From Eledone cirrhosa (Eukaryota): a stretch of 64,000 nt of DNA. Below, one piece after another: positions 26,411 to 39,392 of this stretch. The position numbers and the translations under genes are program-made. The notes beneath the pieces are model-generated. The model ran no database searches and was not told the origin of the DNA. It saw only the letters and a list, made by a program, of their open reading frames with translations. Position 1 is the stretch's first letter, and each line of letters opens with the position of its first letter. The stretch covers positions 76,260,001-76,324,000 of the forward strand of contig OZ024747.1 of the NCBI GenBank assembly GCA_964016885.1, in the 5' to 3' direction.

Positions 26411-27508
26411 ACAGTTGCATTTATCTTGCTTTATGTTCATACGAGTTATCACCAAGTCACAACCAGTGACCTCAAGAGACAACAAGGTCCGCCATGTTCA
26501 AGAAAGAACATACATACTCACACATGCATCTTTAGTGTTTAGACTTGTGATGTACTTATATTGACAGAATCTTCCTTAGTATATGGGCAGTTCCCATTAG
26601 TACTATCTTTTGTATTTCTCCTATACGCGGGTTTCCTGGGATTTGCGATAAGTAATCATTAGACCCCTTAGGTATCATTCCCAGAGCGCCTACAACCACT
26701 GGTATTGTTTTAGTTCTCAATTTCCACATTTTTCCAATTTCTATCTCCAGGTCCTTATACTTGCTCAATTTTTCAAATGTTTTTATAGATACATTCTTGT
26801 CTATTGGAACAGACATATCAATTAGCAGGCATACCCTCTTTTTAAAGTCCTTATATCAGGTCTATTTGCATCTATTTTTCGGTCTGTTTGGATGCTAAAG
26901 TTCCACAAGATTGAGATGTGATCTTTTTCAAGTATGGGAGGTGGTTGATGCTCCCACCAATTTCTTTTGATGGGGCAGGTCAAAATGCTTACACATTATC
27001 CAATGTATGTATTGTGCAGCTCTGTCATGCCTGTTTAGGTATTCGGTTGGAGCTATAGGACTGCACATTGAAATTATATGGTCAATGGTCTCTGGTTGTT
27101 TTTTGCATACACGACATAATGGGCTGCATCCATTTTTTATTATGTTGGCTTGGTAATTTTTTGTTGGCAGACACTGATCTTGTGCTGATATAATCAGTCC
27201 TTCAGTCTCCGATTTCAGTTCAGAGGATGCCAACCACTGATGGGTTAAAGTTTTGTCAACATCAGGATTGTTAGCTCGCTCTGGGTATTTTCCATACAGA
27301 GGCTTTTCTTGCCATATCTTAGCCAGTTTCTGTAGCAGTTCATTCTTTGCAGTTACTTGTACCTGCTTTGCTTTTCCTGTGTTTTCCATTTCAGCAGTAA
27401 ATGGGACTTCTGAAATTTGTAGTCCATTACTGTATCTTTGTGCATCTTTTGTAATGGAATATGATCTTATGATGCTTTCGTGTTTCAAAACGAGTTTGAT
27501 CATCCAAT
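26411..27508 (-). mobile_element. 5'-truncated R4/Dong-type non-LTR retrotransposon (zinc knuckle + REL endonuclease), frameshifted
   Basis: ORFs 26928-27503 and 26556-26816: KSETEGLIISAQDQCL, CRVCKKQPETIDHIISMC, RHD, RPDI, KLSKYKDL, IPVVVGALG, GTAHILRKIL; (TAA)n at both ends. Confidence 0.85.
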
Positions 27509-27535
27509 CATTATTATTATTATTATTGTTGTTAT

Positions 27536-28120
27536 TCCTTGAATCTCAGTCATTGATGTTGGTTAACTGGAAAGTCCGTTGGAATGAATATCAAGCCACT
27601 ACCTGCAGCCTCAGATATTCAGGACGTATCGGAGGGTTCTTGCTGTTCCAAGCAAGCATGCCTTTTGAAGCGTTCCAAAAAGCGTGAAGGGGCCGATTTT
27701 CTTTAACCATCCCTGGAAACTTTTGGAGATAGTCCCCAGTGCGCCTATGACAATCGGGATCACTTTGACTTCATGGCAGTTCCAAATCCTTTTCACCTCC
27801 CACTTTAGGTCCTGGTATCGGTTAATTTTCTCCCTCTCCTTCTCTTGCACTCTCGTGTCGAAAGGGCAGGCCACATCCACAATCAGACACGATCTTTTTT
27901 CTTTGTCCACAACCACTAGGTCAGGTCTATTGTGTTCCAGTTGTTTGTCCGTCTGCATCCTAAAATCCCACAGCACCTTCACCTGATTGTTCTCCATCAC
28001 CGCCTCTGGCCTATGCTCATACCATTTCTCAGAATGTGGTAAATTGTTTACTTTGCACAGGTGCCAGTGGATCACCCTGCCCATCACATCGTGTCTCCAG
28101 CCCTTATAGTGGGTCTGGGC
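27536..28120 (-). mobile_element. 5'-truncated R4/Dong-type retrotransposon, REL domain
   Basis: ORF 27611-28087: RHD upstream, LWDFRMQTD, NRPDLVVVD, IVDVACP, EKINRYQDL, IPIVIGALG, LLGTARTLR; (TAA)n at both ends. Confidence 0.88.
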
Positions 28121-28176
<56 letters not shown>

Positions 28177-29142
28177 GCTATCGTCATGACGCCAGCTTTA
28201 CGCTCATCACTATATGAATGTGTGTATATATTTGTGAACGTGATACGCAGTATTTGTGTGTATGCGCATTTGAATGAATGTGTGTTTGTGGATATGAGTT
28301 AATGTGGACACATATGTATGTGTTATATGTAAGTGTATGTCTATGTGTTTTTTTTTTCTTTTTATTACTACACGTTCATCAGCAGGTAGGATTATGTGAA
28401 CATTCCAAAGAAATATCTTATATTGGACCATAAATTGCTATATCAGTTTCAAAGCTATACATTTTTCTATTCTATAGTTCCCCCGAGGAAGCTGCCATTT
28501 CGTTATATACTTCATCACCACCGTCATCGTCATCATCATGACTATCATGATGATGATCATCATCATTCTTCTTCATCATCATCATCAGTAGCAGCCCCAT
28601 CTCACAACCACCAAATTTATCCCCATCATCATCATCTTCAACGCCATATTCTGTTCCTCAAACGTATCTTCTTCTTCTTCTTCTTCTTCTTCTTCTTCTT
28701 CTTCTTCTTCTTCTTCTTCTTCTTCTTCTTCTTCTTCTTCTCATGTTCCCCCGCCTTCTTATAATTATCGATATTATATTATTAGTAGCAATAATTGTAA
28801 ATCATAATATTACTATTTTCGGGAATGTTCCTGTATCAATTCATATAGGTAATGGGGACATGACTGTGTAGAATTCTAGTTGTACCAATTATACACATGA
28901 TAGAAGACATATCCCTTAACTCTTTTATATCTCTGATTCCAATGTTTAATCTCTGTAATTCTTAAGTTGTAGACCTAGGGGTTTATCCCAGAGCACAATC
29001 ATTTAGTGTGGCAATATCTATAATTTGTACGCTATAGGTATCGTTGTTGTTTTATCACGGAAAGTTATGTAAGTCTTGTGGGCCGCATCATGGTGTAGAC
29101 ATATTCAGGTATTTTTATGTATGATTTTCTAAGGTATTAAAA

Positions 29143-29334
29143 ATAATTGTTTCTACTTTTTGGCACAAGGCCAGCAATTATCTCAGTGTATTACTGGTAC
29201 TTTGTTTTATCGACCCCGTAAGGATGAAAGGCAAAGTTAACTTCGGCGGGATTTGAACTCAGTCCGTAAAGGAACGTAACTGTGCTACAAAGCATGGCGT
29301 CCGACCCTCTACTGATACTGCTAATCCACCGCCC
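29143..29334 (-). mobile_element. SINE family A with TSD
   Basis: Full length; direct repeat aggtattaaaaataat at 29132-29147 and 29335-29350. Confidence 0.85.
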
Positions 29335-29353
29335 AGGTATTAAAAATAATATC

Positions 29354-29572
29354 GTCGGATTGGCAGTATCGCTAGAGGGTAGGACGCCATGCTTTTTGCA
29401 GCATAGAGTTACGGCCCTTTATGATCTGAGTTCAAATCCCGCCGATGATAACTTTGCCTTACATCCTTACGTGGTCGATAAAATAAAGCACCAGTAATGC
29501 ACTGAGGTCGATTTAATCGACTTTCCCCTCCCCTTCAAATTAATGGCCTTGTGCCTAAAGTAGAAACCATTA
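29354..29572 (+). mobile_element. SINE family A
   Basis: ggattggcagtatcgctagagg head, gagttcaaatccc B-box, core, tail ccttgtgcctaaagtagaaaccatt. Confidence 0.85.
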
Positions 29573-30254
29573 TTTCTAAGTTATTTGGAGATTTCTATGA
29601 CTATTACGGAGTACTTAAATCAAATGAAATGTTAGCCGCCTGGTTTTGCGACAGTATTGTAATTCCTAGTATATTTAGACCAAACTAATGTAGGCCCTAC
29701 AGATAAAATATGGTTTGCCATTTTAGTAAATATCCGTCACAGTCTACATTTGTCATCGGTATTATAGTTGTCGAGAGTTTTTGCAATATATCTAGTGGTA
29801 ACGCCCTACACCCGTGCCATGAGGTTTGTCGATTTTGGATATATTATTCATGCCAGAGTTGTTCATCCAGGCTGGAAGTAACCTTTTTATTTATATTCGC
29901 AGAAATATTGGAAAAGTAAATGCAAACTCTATGGATGTTCACCAGAGGTGACATATGTGCTGACAGTACATTTTCTTTTGATGCTTGAAGTTTAGAATTT
30001 AGCTGTTCGAAATCTGATTCAGTATCTAGTAAAAGTCCTCTTGATAAAGTTGTAATTGATTTGCTACACGTTTTGCGATCATAATCAATGAAGGCATGTG
30101 GAAGACATTTCATTTCTTTGAGCTGCAAAGGTAGAAGCCAGCATTTATAATGATTGTTCGCAAAATCCGTTCTCTTCCAGCAAATAACATTTGTTACGTG
30201 TTAGACTTACAGTGTCATGAGAGATTTCTGTGAGATTACTCGTATTGCTGTCTA

Positions 30255-30430
30255 CAAAAGTCGGCTGAAAGATTCATAAGCTGATAACGAAGGATTAAAC
30301 TGTGAAATCTTTAATTTTAAACTCTTCTTATTAATGACTGTATTGTTTCTTTCCAGAGACTATGTTGAAAAATAAATTTCATTTCACCATTCAATCTTGA
30401 TCAGCCCATGAACTTTCCAGTCAAACCTCG
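30255..30430. mobile_element. Tc1/mariner-derived MITE
   Basis: TA-caaaagtcggctgaaagattcataagctga ... tcagcccatgaactttccagtcaaacctcg-TA: decayed mariner-type TIRs with TA duplication. Confidence 0.7.
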
Positions 30431-30444
30431 TAGATTGTGGAGGT

Positions 30445-31410
30445 ATGTCACATCTCGAAAGCAACAATGGGTTATCGAAAGAACGGAAACGGTGTTGGAA
30501 AAGGATGGAAGACTGTAAAGAGCAGCTGCTGGTGAATCGAGTCAATATAGAATATAATAGAGGAAAGCAAACTTCAGTATCCCCTGACTTGACAACGAGA
30601 AGACTTTCAATGGCATTCCTCACTCATGGACACTCAAGTCACATAGATACGTAGCTCTATCACCGTTCAACTATATTCAAAACTAAGCTGATGAATTTTT
30701 CAAGGGACTTATTTTCCCAACTGTTTTGCCGAGCTCTGACTGCCCTACTAAACAACTTGATGGAAGTAATTACATGAAGCACAGTATAGTATAAACAAAC
30801 CATGTCATCTCTTTTATATGGATGATTTTAAAATCTTTACAGTGTATAAGAGCGAATTAGAGAATTTCCTCAAATTTATCATAGCTTTAGTCAAGACGTG
30901 GGTGTGATTAGACAAATGTCACAAGCTATACATTAATGCTGTAAATTATAAAACAAAACATTAATACAAGCTGCTTCAAAACAAGGACAAAACAAAAGAG
31001 AAAGGTTTCTCGTTTAGGGAAGACAACAGCTAAAATATAGAAATTTAGGCAATTGACTATTATGAGGAAAGACGAGAAAAGAAAAATATCAACAGATATT
31101 GTTTTAAAAGTCTTAATTAGCAAACTTAAATAGGAAAACAAGCAAAAACTTAGCAAAAGACTCGCATGTGACCAGTAGCTGAGAATAAATATGAAAGCAA
31201 AATTAGATATATAAATATTTCAGAATTGGCTCAAAAGCAAGATTCAGTGGTAAAACCAATGGGAATATATATAATAGCAACACAATTGCACAGCCTTACT
31301 GCAAGAAACTTCTAAATACATATAATGAAGCAGAATACAAACTTGACTGCAGCATACGTGGAGAGAGTGACGAAACAATCAATCACATTTGTTCTAGCTG
31401 CACCGGCAAT
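30445..31410 (+). pseudogene. decayed R4/Dong-type retrotransposon (RT and knuckle remnants)
   Basis: ERKRCWKRMEDCKEQLLVNR and KTFNGIPHSW (compare EQKGC..GCKEQLL, KAFDSIPHSW); near 31345-31402 DCSIRGESDETINHICSSC. Confidence 0.6.
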
Positions 31411-31676
31411 TAATTCATTTTTCTATGCGGCATCTGACGCAATTTTCGTCGTCCATAAATGGCTGACATTATACGTGCAAAGAATTTATTCATAATGTTT
31501 TCTGAAATACAAACAGTCTGAATAAAAAAGCATGTAAACTCCTGAGGGTCTCGAAAATGTATGGGACCTGCCTAAATATTATAGTGATTTCTTTGAGATT
31601 ATATTTCTACCAATCTGTTTTCTTATCTAATTCTCTCACATTTTCTTCTCCAGTAACTACAAGCACGCACCCACTT

Positions 31677-31850
<174 letters not shown>

Positions 31851-32079
31851 AGAGCGAATAGAGATAGAGATAGAGAGAGAGAGATGTGTTTGTATGTGTG
31901 TATGTATATATGTTGGCTGTTTAAAATTTATCAAACATTGAGGAAAGAAAGAAGATATATATTTGATGTCATTTAATCGCTGTCTCCTTCTATGTACCTC
32001 CACGCATTAACCCCCTTATCCTCAGCGCAGTCCACGTGATATCTGCTCTGCTCTCAAAGCTGGAAGCCTATATTTACAT

Positions 32080-32350
32080 CTTCATTTTGGGGAAACAACT
32101 ACACTTAAACAATGTCTTGATGCAGCTGCAAGTTTTGTGAAGCCCACTGATTCGATCACCTTGGTGTGGAACACTTGCCGTACCTTTTGGGAGGAGTTGG
32201 CAACTTTCAATGATTCTAATGTGATAACTAGTCTTTGATTTTTACGTTGTACGGTAGATTCTCTTCTCATCTCCAATTCTTACGGTATTCAGAAACACAA
32301 TATCATTTCTGGCAGTACCGGGTGAAATATAGATCCCATCCATAAGTAGG
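32080..32350 (-). pseudogene. mariner transposase relic
   Basis: FLNTVRIGDEKRIY resembles mariner FLxRIVTGDEKWIY (first catalytic Asp motif); disrupted. Confidence 0.55.
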
Positions 32351-32812
32351 TAGTATAGTATCTCACAGCTTGGCTGACCAACAGCCATTGAAGCAGCCAA
32401 TGAGCCTGCCAATACTGAGACATGCGCACAAAAGTATACAGCTCCACTCTGCACATTTTGTCAGCCCAACAAATTTATTTCCATATGAAAAGATATAGGC
32501 GTTAACACACACTCACACAAACACACACACTCATGTATATGACACGCACACTGATGTATATGACACACACACTCATGTATATGTGTGTGTGTGTGGTATC
32601 TATGCTTTAATATTAGTGTCCTTGCACCTGTGATCCCGTCTTTCTTTGTGCGGTAAACTTGTATAAATTCGCTGGTGCTTTAATTGTCTTCAGAGGAGCT
32701 AACACCGCTTGGATGCGAAGACAAAAATATGCTAAATAGTATTGATGCTTCTGAACATCGGCTGATGAAGCTCAGCTCCTTTGCATAAAGGGCTAAGACT
32801 AATGGACATTAA

Positions 32813-33203
32813 TTAATTGTTTCTACATATGCCACAAGGCCAGCAATTATCCCAGCACCTTAGTGGTACTTTATTGTATCGATCCCGTAAGGATGAAAGG
32901 CAAAGTTAACCTCGGCGGGATTTGAACTCAGATTATAAATGGCCGCAACTCCATGCGTCAAAGCATGGCGTCCGGCCCTCTACCGATACTGCTAATCCAC
33001 CGCCTCTGGGTTTTAATTAATTGTTTCTACTTTTGGCACAAGGCCAGCAATTATCCCAGTGTATTACTGGTACTTTATTTTATCGACCCCGTAAAGATGA
33101 AAGGAAAAGTTAACCTCGGCGGGATTTGAACTCAGAATGGCAAGGGCCGTAACTCTATGATGCAAAGCAGGGCGTCCGACCCTCTACCGATACTGCCAAT
33201 CCA
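32813..33203 (-). mobile_element. two tandem SINE family A copies (32813-33005, 33017-33203)
   Basis: Each has tail, core and ggcgggatttgaactcag. Confidence 0.85.
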
Positions 33204-33320
33204 GCATGAAAGCCAGTGATGCTCTGATATCTGATATCTGAAATATTCATGTAAATAAACATTTTCGTAACCTCGGTATAAATTTTAGAAGCGGTGATTT
33301 GTTCACCGTTATCTTAGCAA

Positions 33321-33384
<64 letters not shown>

Positions 33385-33769
33385 TGTAGTAATATGAATA
33401 CCTATACGTACGATGTATATATATATATATATATATATACACATGTACAAGAAAACCACCACGAAGGAATTTTATGCCAAAGAAAAGACATTTTTAATCA
33501 TGGTCTTTGATCATCGATTGATTAAAAGAGCCTAATGCAAGATTTAACAATTGCACTCACGGATTAATGAAATAGTGATGTATAGATTCTTGTTCCGTTT
33601 TGCCGAAGAAAATAATTGGTTATCCAGTAATAAAATCAAGACACCCTGGAGATATCTGTCACTCTAGTTAATTGGTAAGAAAGACCAAGACAGAGTAAGG
33701 TGTGAGCTTAATAATAATAATAATAATAGTGTTGATATTGATTGTGCTGGGAGGGAAGGGGAAGAATGA

Positions 33770-33894
33770 CGAGGAGGAGGAGGAGAATGAGGAGGAGGAG
33801 GAGAATGGGGAGGAGGAGGAGGGGGGGGGAGAAGAAGAAGAAGAAGAAGAAGAAGAAGAAGAAGAAGAAGAAGAAGAAGAAGAAGAAGAAGAAG
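33770..33894. repeat. (GAG)n/(GAA)n microsatellite
   Basis: Seen directly. Confidence 0.9.
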
Positions 33895-34599
33895 ATAGGT
33901 GATGCGAACAGGGCAATGACCTTAGTAGATTACAAGATGGCGTAAGATTCGGTTCTTCACTCATGGATAATAGATTGCATGGAGCTATTTAGAATGGCGT
34001 ATAACGTAACTGAATTCATTGAATGTAGCATTGATAAACTAGAAGTGTGAACTTTGGTCATCATGAGAATCACTGGGGGTGATTGAAGTAAATAGAGGAA
34101 TATGTCATTGTTTATCACAACTGCTGTGTATCGCGTTCATTATATCATTAAAGCTGATTGTAAGAAACAACAGGATTCGATATGACGTAGCCTATTGAAT
34201 TTTCATGAACGAATTTAAAGATCTTTAGGAATTGCAATGGAGAAATACATGCATTAGTAAACATTGTTCATATATTCAATAAGTATATATATGAATGGAT
34301 TTCAGGATCAAAATGAGTTTTGCACTGGTTGGTAGTTTTACTGAAACAAAGATGTTTCATTAAATTGGACTGTGTTATAAGAGGGACAGGTGTTGTAATA
34401 TATAAAAGACAATAGAAGGTGATGCATCAACGTGGTTTTAATTAGTAACAGTAAAAAATAAAGAATACGTAGATACGTATAATACATACAGACTAATGTC
34501 TATCTCGATCCCAGAGGCAGTTTCTCCGGCGTTAAACGACTGAGAGTGCAATAAAACCCATGGAGACAATGTCAGTCCATTTCAGTGTTGAAATCAGTC

Positions 34600-34846
34600 A
34601 CGAGACCTAGTGCTTATCCCGGTTTCAGTGGTATAACGCGACTGAGAGTACAAAGTTCCTCCTGGACAGGACGCCATCCTATCACGGGTTAAACCCCCAG
34701 TTATTTCTAATTACTCATTTCAGCTCTGTATAATGGAGTTTCGTGAAATAAAGTGTTTTGTTCAAGAACACAACGCACAAGCCGGTCCAGGAATCGAACC
34801 AACGACATTATGATTATAAGACCAGCACCCTTAATACTAGGCCTCC
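34600..34846 (-). mobile_element. tRNA-derived SINE family B (CORE-like)
   Basis: Plus strand gtgaaataaagtgttttgttcaagaacacaac...ggaatcgaacc (reverse-complement B-box ggttcgattcc); homologous to 51997-52256. Confidence 0.7.
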
Positions 34847-36901
34847 AGTAATACATGCAGAGTTAAATATAAATATAAGATACACAAGAATATACACGTT
34901 GAAGGTGTTTCTGCATCACGACTGTGATCGTGATGGTCAAAACAAACTAAATATATAAATAACTAAACAACATTCATAAAGAAACATATGCAGTGGACAA
35001 TCCACATAAATATAGCTCTTGATTTGCCATGAGCGTATACCAAATTAAATTCACACAAATACATTTTTAATTAGGCAAAACACCATAGATCACAGACACT
35101 GTCATTAATTAGTTCAGTTAAGAAATGTATATTTATATCTAGTCTTGATGTTATGTATATTTAAGTTTATGACGATCTATTACCGACGAAGACAGGAGGT
35201 AAATTAAATTAACAATTTCTAACTGCTGCGTTTTCATGACATTGTAGAATCTGCTTAAATAAATAAATCGCTGAACTACAGTCATTTCAATATATATATA
35301 CAGTGAATCTTCATTAAACGTTTCTTCGTTAAGGGGGATATCAGATTAAACGGTGAAATTTCAGATAGGAAATTGAATGTTGATGTATGATTTAGTTTTA
35401 GTGTTATAGAAATATATATTCTGGGTTTGGTTGTTAAGCGTTGACCCCCTCACCAAGGGAATTGTCTTACAGAAAACACATAAGAACAAAGAGCTCTCAA
35501 TAACATTAAGAACTACAAACTCAATCGGAAATATTGAAATCAACAGCTTCACGGAGAACACTGAAAACTCTTCTTTTATCCGTAGCTGGCGATTGGGGGA
35601 GGCTGTCCTCTCAACTAATCTGCTGCTGTGGATGCTGCTGGATGAGTGACTCCACGCTTTTCTATCCATGGGGTAGACCATAGCATGATTGAGATTGAGG
35701 CACTGCGATTTCAAGTTCTCCTCTATTTATTTCGTTCAAGTCTTTTTCAGTGCTCTGCGCTGGATTCTCCTGAAGACTACCACAGTGATGTGAGGATAGT
35801 ATACCTTTTGATAAATTCAAAGCATGGCAGATGCTGGTAAATCAATTGTCTGAATGCTGCTAGAATGTAGCGGATAAAGTTGCTGTTAGTGACAGGGATG
35901 ATGAGGAAAATGAAGACAACGATGTGATGCCTAACTACAGCAAACACGTCATGCGAGAATTGTTGATAAAGTCATTTCATATTTTAAGTTGTTAACAGAA
36001 ACCGACATTCAACAATATTATCACCATACTAGAGCCCTGATGAGAATCATCACCGGGAAGCATCAACATCAAAGTAAACTACTGAAACTTCATTCAATTT
36101 CACTTCCAACGCAAGGTTGGACATGTGTTCCTGGTAAATGACTTGACCAAGATGTCACGCAATAATATGAAACCCTGAACATAATGATTGTAAAGCGATC
36201 TTCTTAATCATACGGGTATGGCAAGTTCACAACTGAGATTAATGAATATAAAGTTGTTATATATATACTTTCTCGTCAAAGTATATTACTATTACTATTA
36301 CTTTCATGGAAAACTCAAATAGTTTCATCTCAACCAGTTTGAAATTAATAAGAACATAGTTCAATAAAGTTTCTATAACTGTAATATATATATACACACA
36401 CACATGTATACGCACACACATACACACAGACACAAATATATATATATGATGAATCCGAACTCTGGGCATTTCCTATTAATTGGATGTCTAAAAATAGGGA
36501 TGAAACGATGGTAGAGATATAATTACGGTATGTACACATTTCTTCTAAGTTGGGAATTTACACCTAATTGTGTATGGTTGAGGGTATATTTAGTCAGCTT
36601 CTACATGCTGTCGAAATGTTGGATAAATACTCTATTGGGGCCACCGCGAAGAGGCCACTTTCGGTTATTTGTCGGAGATTTCTTCATAAGAGCCTTTATT
36701 CTTATAGCTTGGTCTAATTGATTTTTTATATGGTTAATTATGCTGATTGGGAGAGGAAATGGTATATATTTTATCTAATAATTCTAAAGACATGATTTAT
36801 GATATATATATATATATATATAATTTTTTGGCCGCCTTCTCGTCTCTCAACTTTTTCAGCCCCAAGGTTTGCGTCTATTATATTACTTTGATAAATTTCG
36901 A

Positions 36902-36959
36902 ATACCTGATGATGTCACCGGATTCATAATGAGCCCGGTCATTGAAATGTTCATAGTAT
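36902..36959 (+). ncRNA. type I hammerhead ribozyme-like fold
   Basis: atac-CTGATGA-(tg..accgg...ccggtca)tt-GAAA-tg-tt-ca-ta-gtat; stem I atac/gtat, stem III atg/cat, AUA triplet, followed by aataaa. Confidence 0.55.
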
Positions 36960-37005
36960 AATAAACCTTTAAGGAATTACACCAGTCGAGCCTCCTGTTA
37001 TTTTA

Positions 37006-37073
<68 letters not shown>

Positions 37074-37077
<4 letters not shown>

Positions 37078-37184
37078 CTGATGAAGCCGCATAAGCCGAT
37101 TGTGCATTGTTGCATAATATATGCAGACAGACTGTGCAGTGCACCTTACTGCTGCATTAGTGCGGCAGAAACTCGAGTCCGGGG
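37074..37184 (+). ncRNA. type I hammerhead ribozyme with palindromic stem III
   Basis: tccg-CTGATGA-a-gccgca...(long loop)...tgcggc-a-GAAA-ctcgag-TC-cggg; palindrome actcgagt; GUC triplet, predicted cut after 37179; directly follows (TA)n. Confidence 0.75.
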
Positions 37185-37327
37185 ACCTTATAAGCACCCG
37201 TTTTATGTGTGTTGTGTTGAGGCAAATAACTATGGGTATACTCTGGTAATGTATCTTACATTGCCCATTGAGTGCGCTGAGATACAACCGGTACTGTCAT
37301 TGATAAATAGGCTGGTTCCGTCAACCC

Positions 37328-37405
<78 letters not shown>

Positions 37406-37483
37406 ATACTTTGGGAGGGTCATGTTGCCAATAAGAAACACACGCACAAATTCAGAAACGAAATATATATATATATATATATA

Positions 37484-37725
37484 TATAATAGAAAACGAAA
37501 AGTCAGTGATGCATCTGAACTTAATTTATTGTGTGTTTCAATTGTTTCGCCGGCGGACAGCTCGAGACGTGATCATTGTGTGGATCTGTTTGACTCTGGA
37601 CCCGCATGTTCGACGGACACGTCTAATGATTTCGGACCATATTCTCTCACTCTCGCCGGCGAAACAATTGTAACACACAATACATTCAGTTCAGATGCAT
37701 CACTGATTTTTCGTTTTCTATTATA
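37484..37725. mobile_element. element with ~72-bp inverted arms and degenerate hammerhead
   Basis: tataatagaaaacgaaaagtcagtgatgcatctgaac...gtttcgccggcg mirrored at 37654-37725; right side ctaatga...cgaaacaattgta. Confidence 0.75.
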
Positions 37726-37799
37726 TCATACTCTGCTCTGTAAGAGCATAGAGTGCTCAACCGGTATACCGCCTATGGATGCATTTTAGCTACCATCAG

Positions 37800-37892
<93 letters not shown>

Positions 37893-37896
<4 letters not shown>

Positions 37897-38037
37897 GAAT
37901 TGAATTGTAGACGAGAGAGCGAGAAATAGAAATGTACTTCGTTTGGAAAACCATACGCTCGTATATATATATATATATATTTCCAAACCAACCACATTTC
38001 TATCTCTCCCTCTCTCGTCTACAATTCAATTGTACAA
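37893..38037. repeat. inverted repeat around (TA)n
   Basis: tgtagaattgaattgtagacgagagagcgaga...gtttggaaa / tttccaaac...ctctctcgtctacaattcaattgtaca. Confidence 0.8.
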
Positions 38038-38339
38038 AAGATTGTTCCCGTTGCAGTTATACGTATATAATGAGTTTTCATTATTCTATTTAGTTCCCAA
38101 CTGTCTTTCTTCAATACAATTAAGAGTATATAGAAACTGACATTTCCATGCATATCACTGATATAATAGATCATTCTAAAACTACCACATTCTGTTGACA
38201 TGTCGTCACTAAGTTCTGCATTATTCATTTGTTCTTTAAAGAATCCAGATGTTTAAAATATGTTAGGGTATACAGCATCAGTGAAAGAAATCTCAATAAG
38301 AACTATGATTTGTTAACCACCCATATACGTATATATATC

Positions 38340-38420
<81 letters not shown>

Positions 38421-38535
38421 TGTACAAAACAACAATAATATTTCGTGTGCCCTTTTTTAATGGAACACATACACACGCGCACTCTTTTTCTCTGAAACTA
38501 ACACACATACATATACACACACACGCAAACACACA

Positions 38536-38633
<98 letters not shown>

Positions 38634-39153
38634 CAGAGAGAGATAGAGAGAAATATATATATATATATGCTATGACGACAAAGTGTCGTCTGTATTATTA
38701 ATATATATACAAAAATATATCAAGCAATCATCCTCAGTTATAAAATGCAAAATACTAAATAGAAATCAATTCCAATATAATATATCTAGGGACGTGCTTA
38801 CAAAAACAATACTTATAATCAAGCTTTATTATCCTCATGGCAAACATTTCAATTTTTAGAGAAAATAATGGGTTGTGTGAAAATATGTAATTATTTTTTT
38901 AAATTACAAATGTAGTAATAATATATAAATAAGAAATAAAAAAGAAATCGAAATTAAAAATTAAAGCAGATTGAATAAGTTTTCGTGAATAATATGATAA
39001 CATCTGTCTGGGCTTTCGGCTTTCTTGTCGACTCTCAAACCTAAAAAAATAAATTTTCAGTTACTCATTTTAATATAGAAAAAAAATATCTTAAAGGAAT
39101 CATGGAGGTTATCTGTTCACATGCTATTTTAATTGAGAGTGCGTGGCGGGGAA

Positions 39154-39262
<109 letters not shown>

Positions 39263-39274
39263 ATATATATATAT

Positions 39275-39392
39275 AGGAAAAAGTTTAACCCCGGCGGCAG
39301 AGCTCAAGCCGTTTCGAGGGCTATTTCTGGGCTAAATAAAAATTTTTAGCGTGGTAAATCCATCTGTTTCCTTACCACACCTCCTTTATTAT
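39275..39392. repeat. relative of the 23479-23645 repeat lacking the fold-back arm
   Basis: Shares gagctcaagccgtttcga.ggcta.ttctg and ccatctg.ttccttaccaca; flanked by (TA)n. Confidence 0.7.

Larger units (their letters stand above)
28850..29860 (-). pseudogene. old R4/Dong-type relic interrupted by two SINEs
   Basis: Minus-strand translation near 29640-29800 gives TTRYIAKTLDNYNTDDKCRL*RIFTKMANHILSVGPTL...YNTVAK (decayed knuckle); near 28870 gives CIIGTTRIL (C-terminal motif). Confidence 0.5.

Noticed and set aside
32755-32810. ctgatga followed by a hairpin
   Set aside because: No GAAA or stem III in register; isolated ctgatga at about 30689, 36037 and 46140 rejected likewise
35560-35800. 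Possible exon or CR1/L2 relic (minus strand RRIQRRALK...EENLK)
   Set aside because: Similarity is only suggestive, with stops and no clear splice structure
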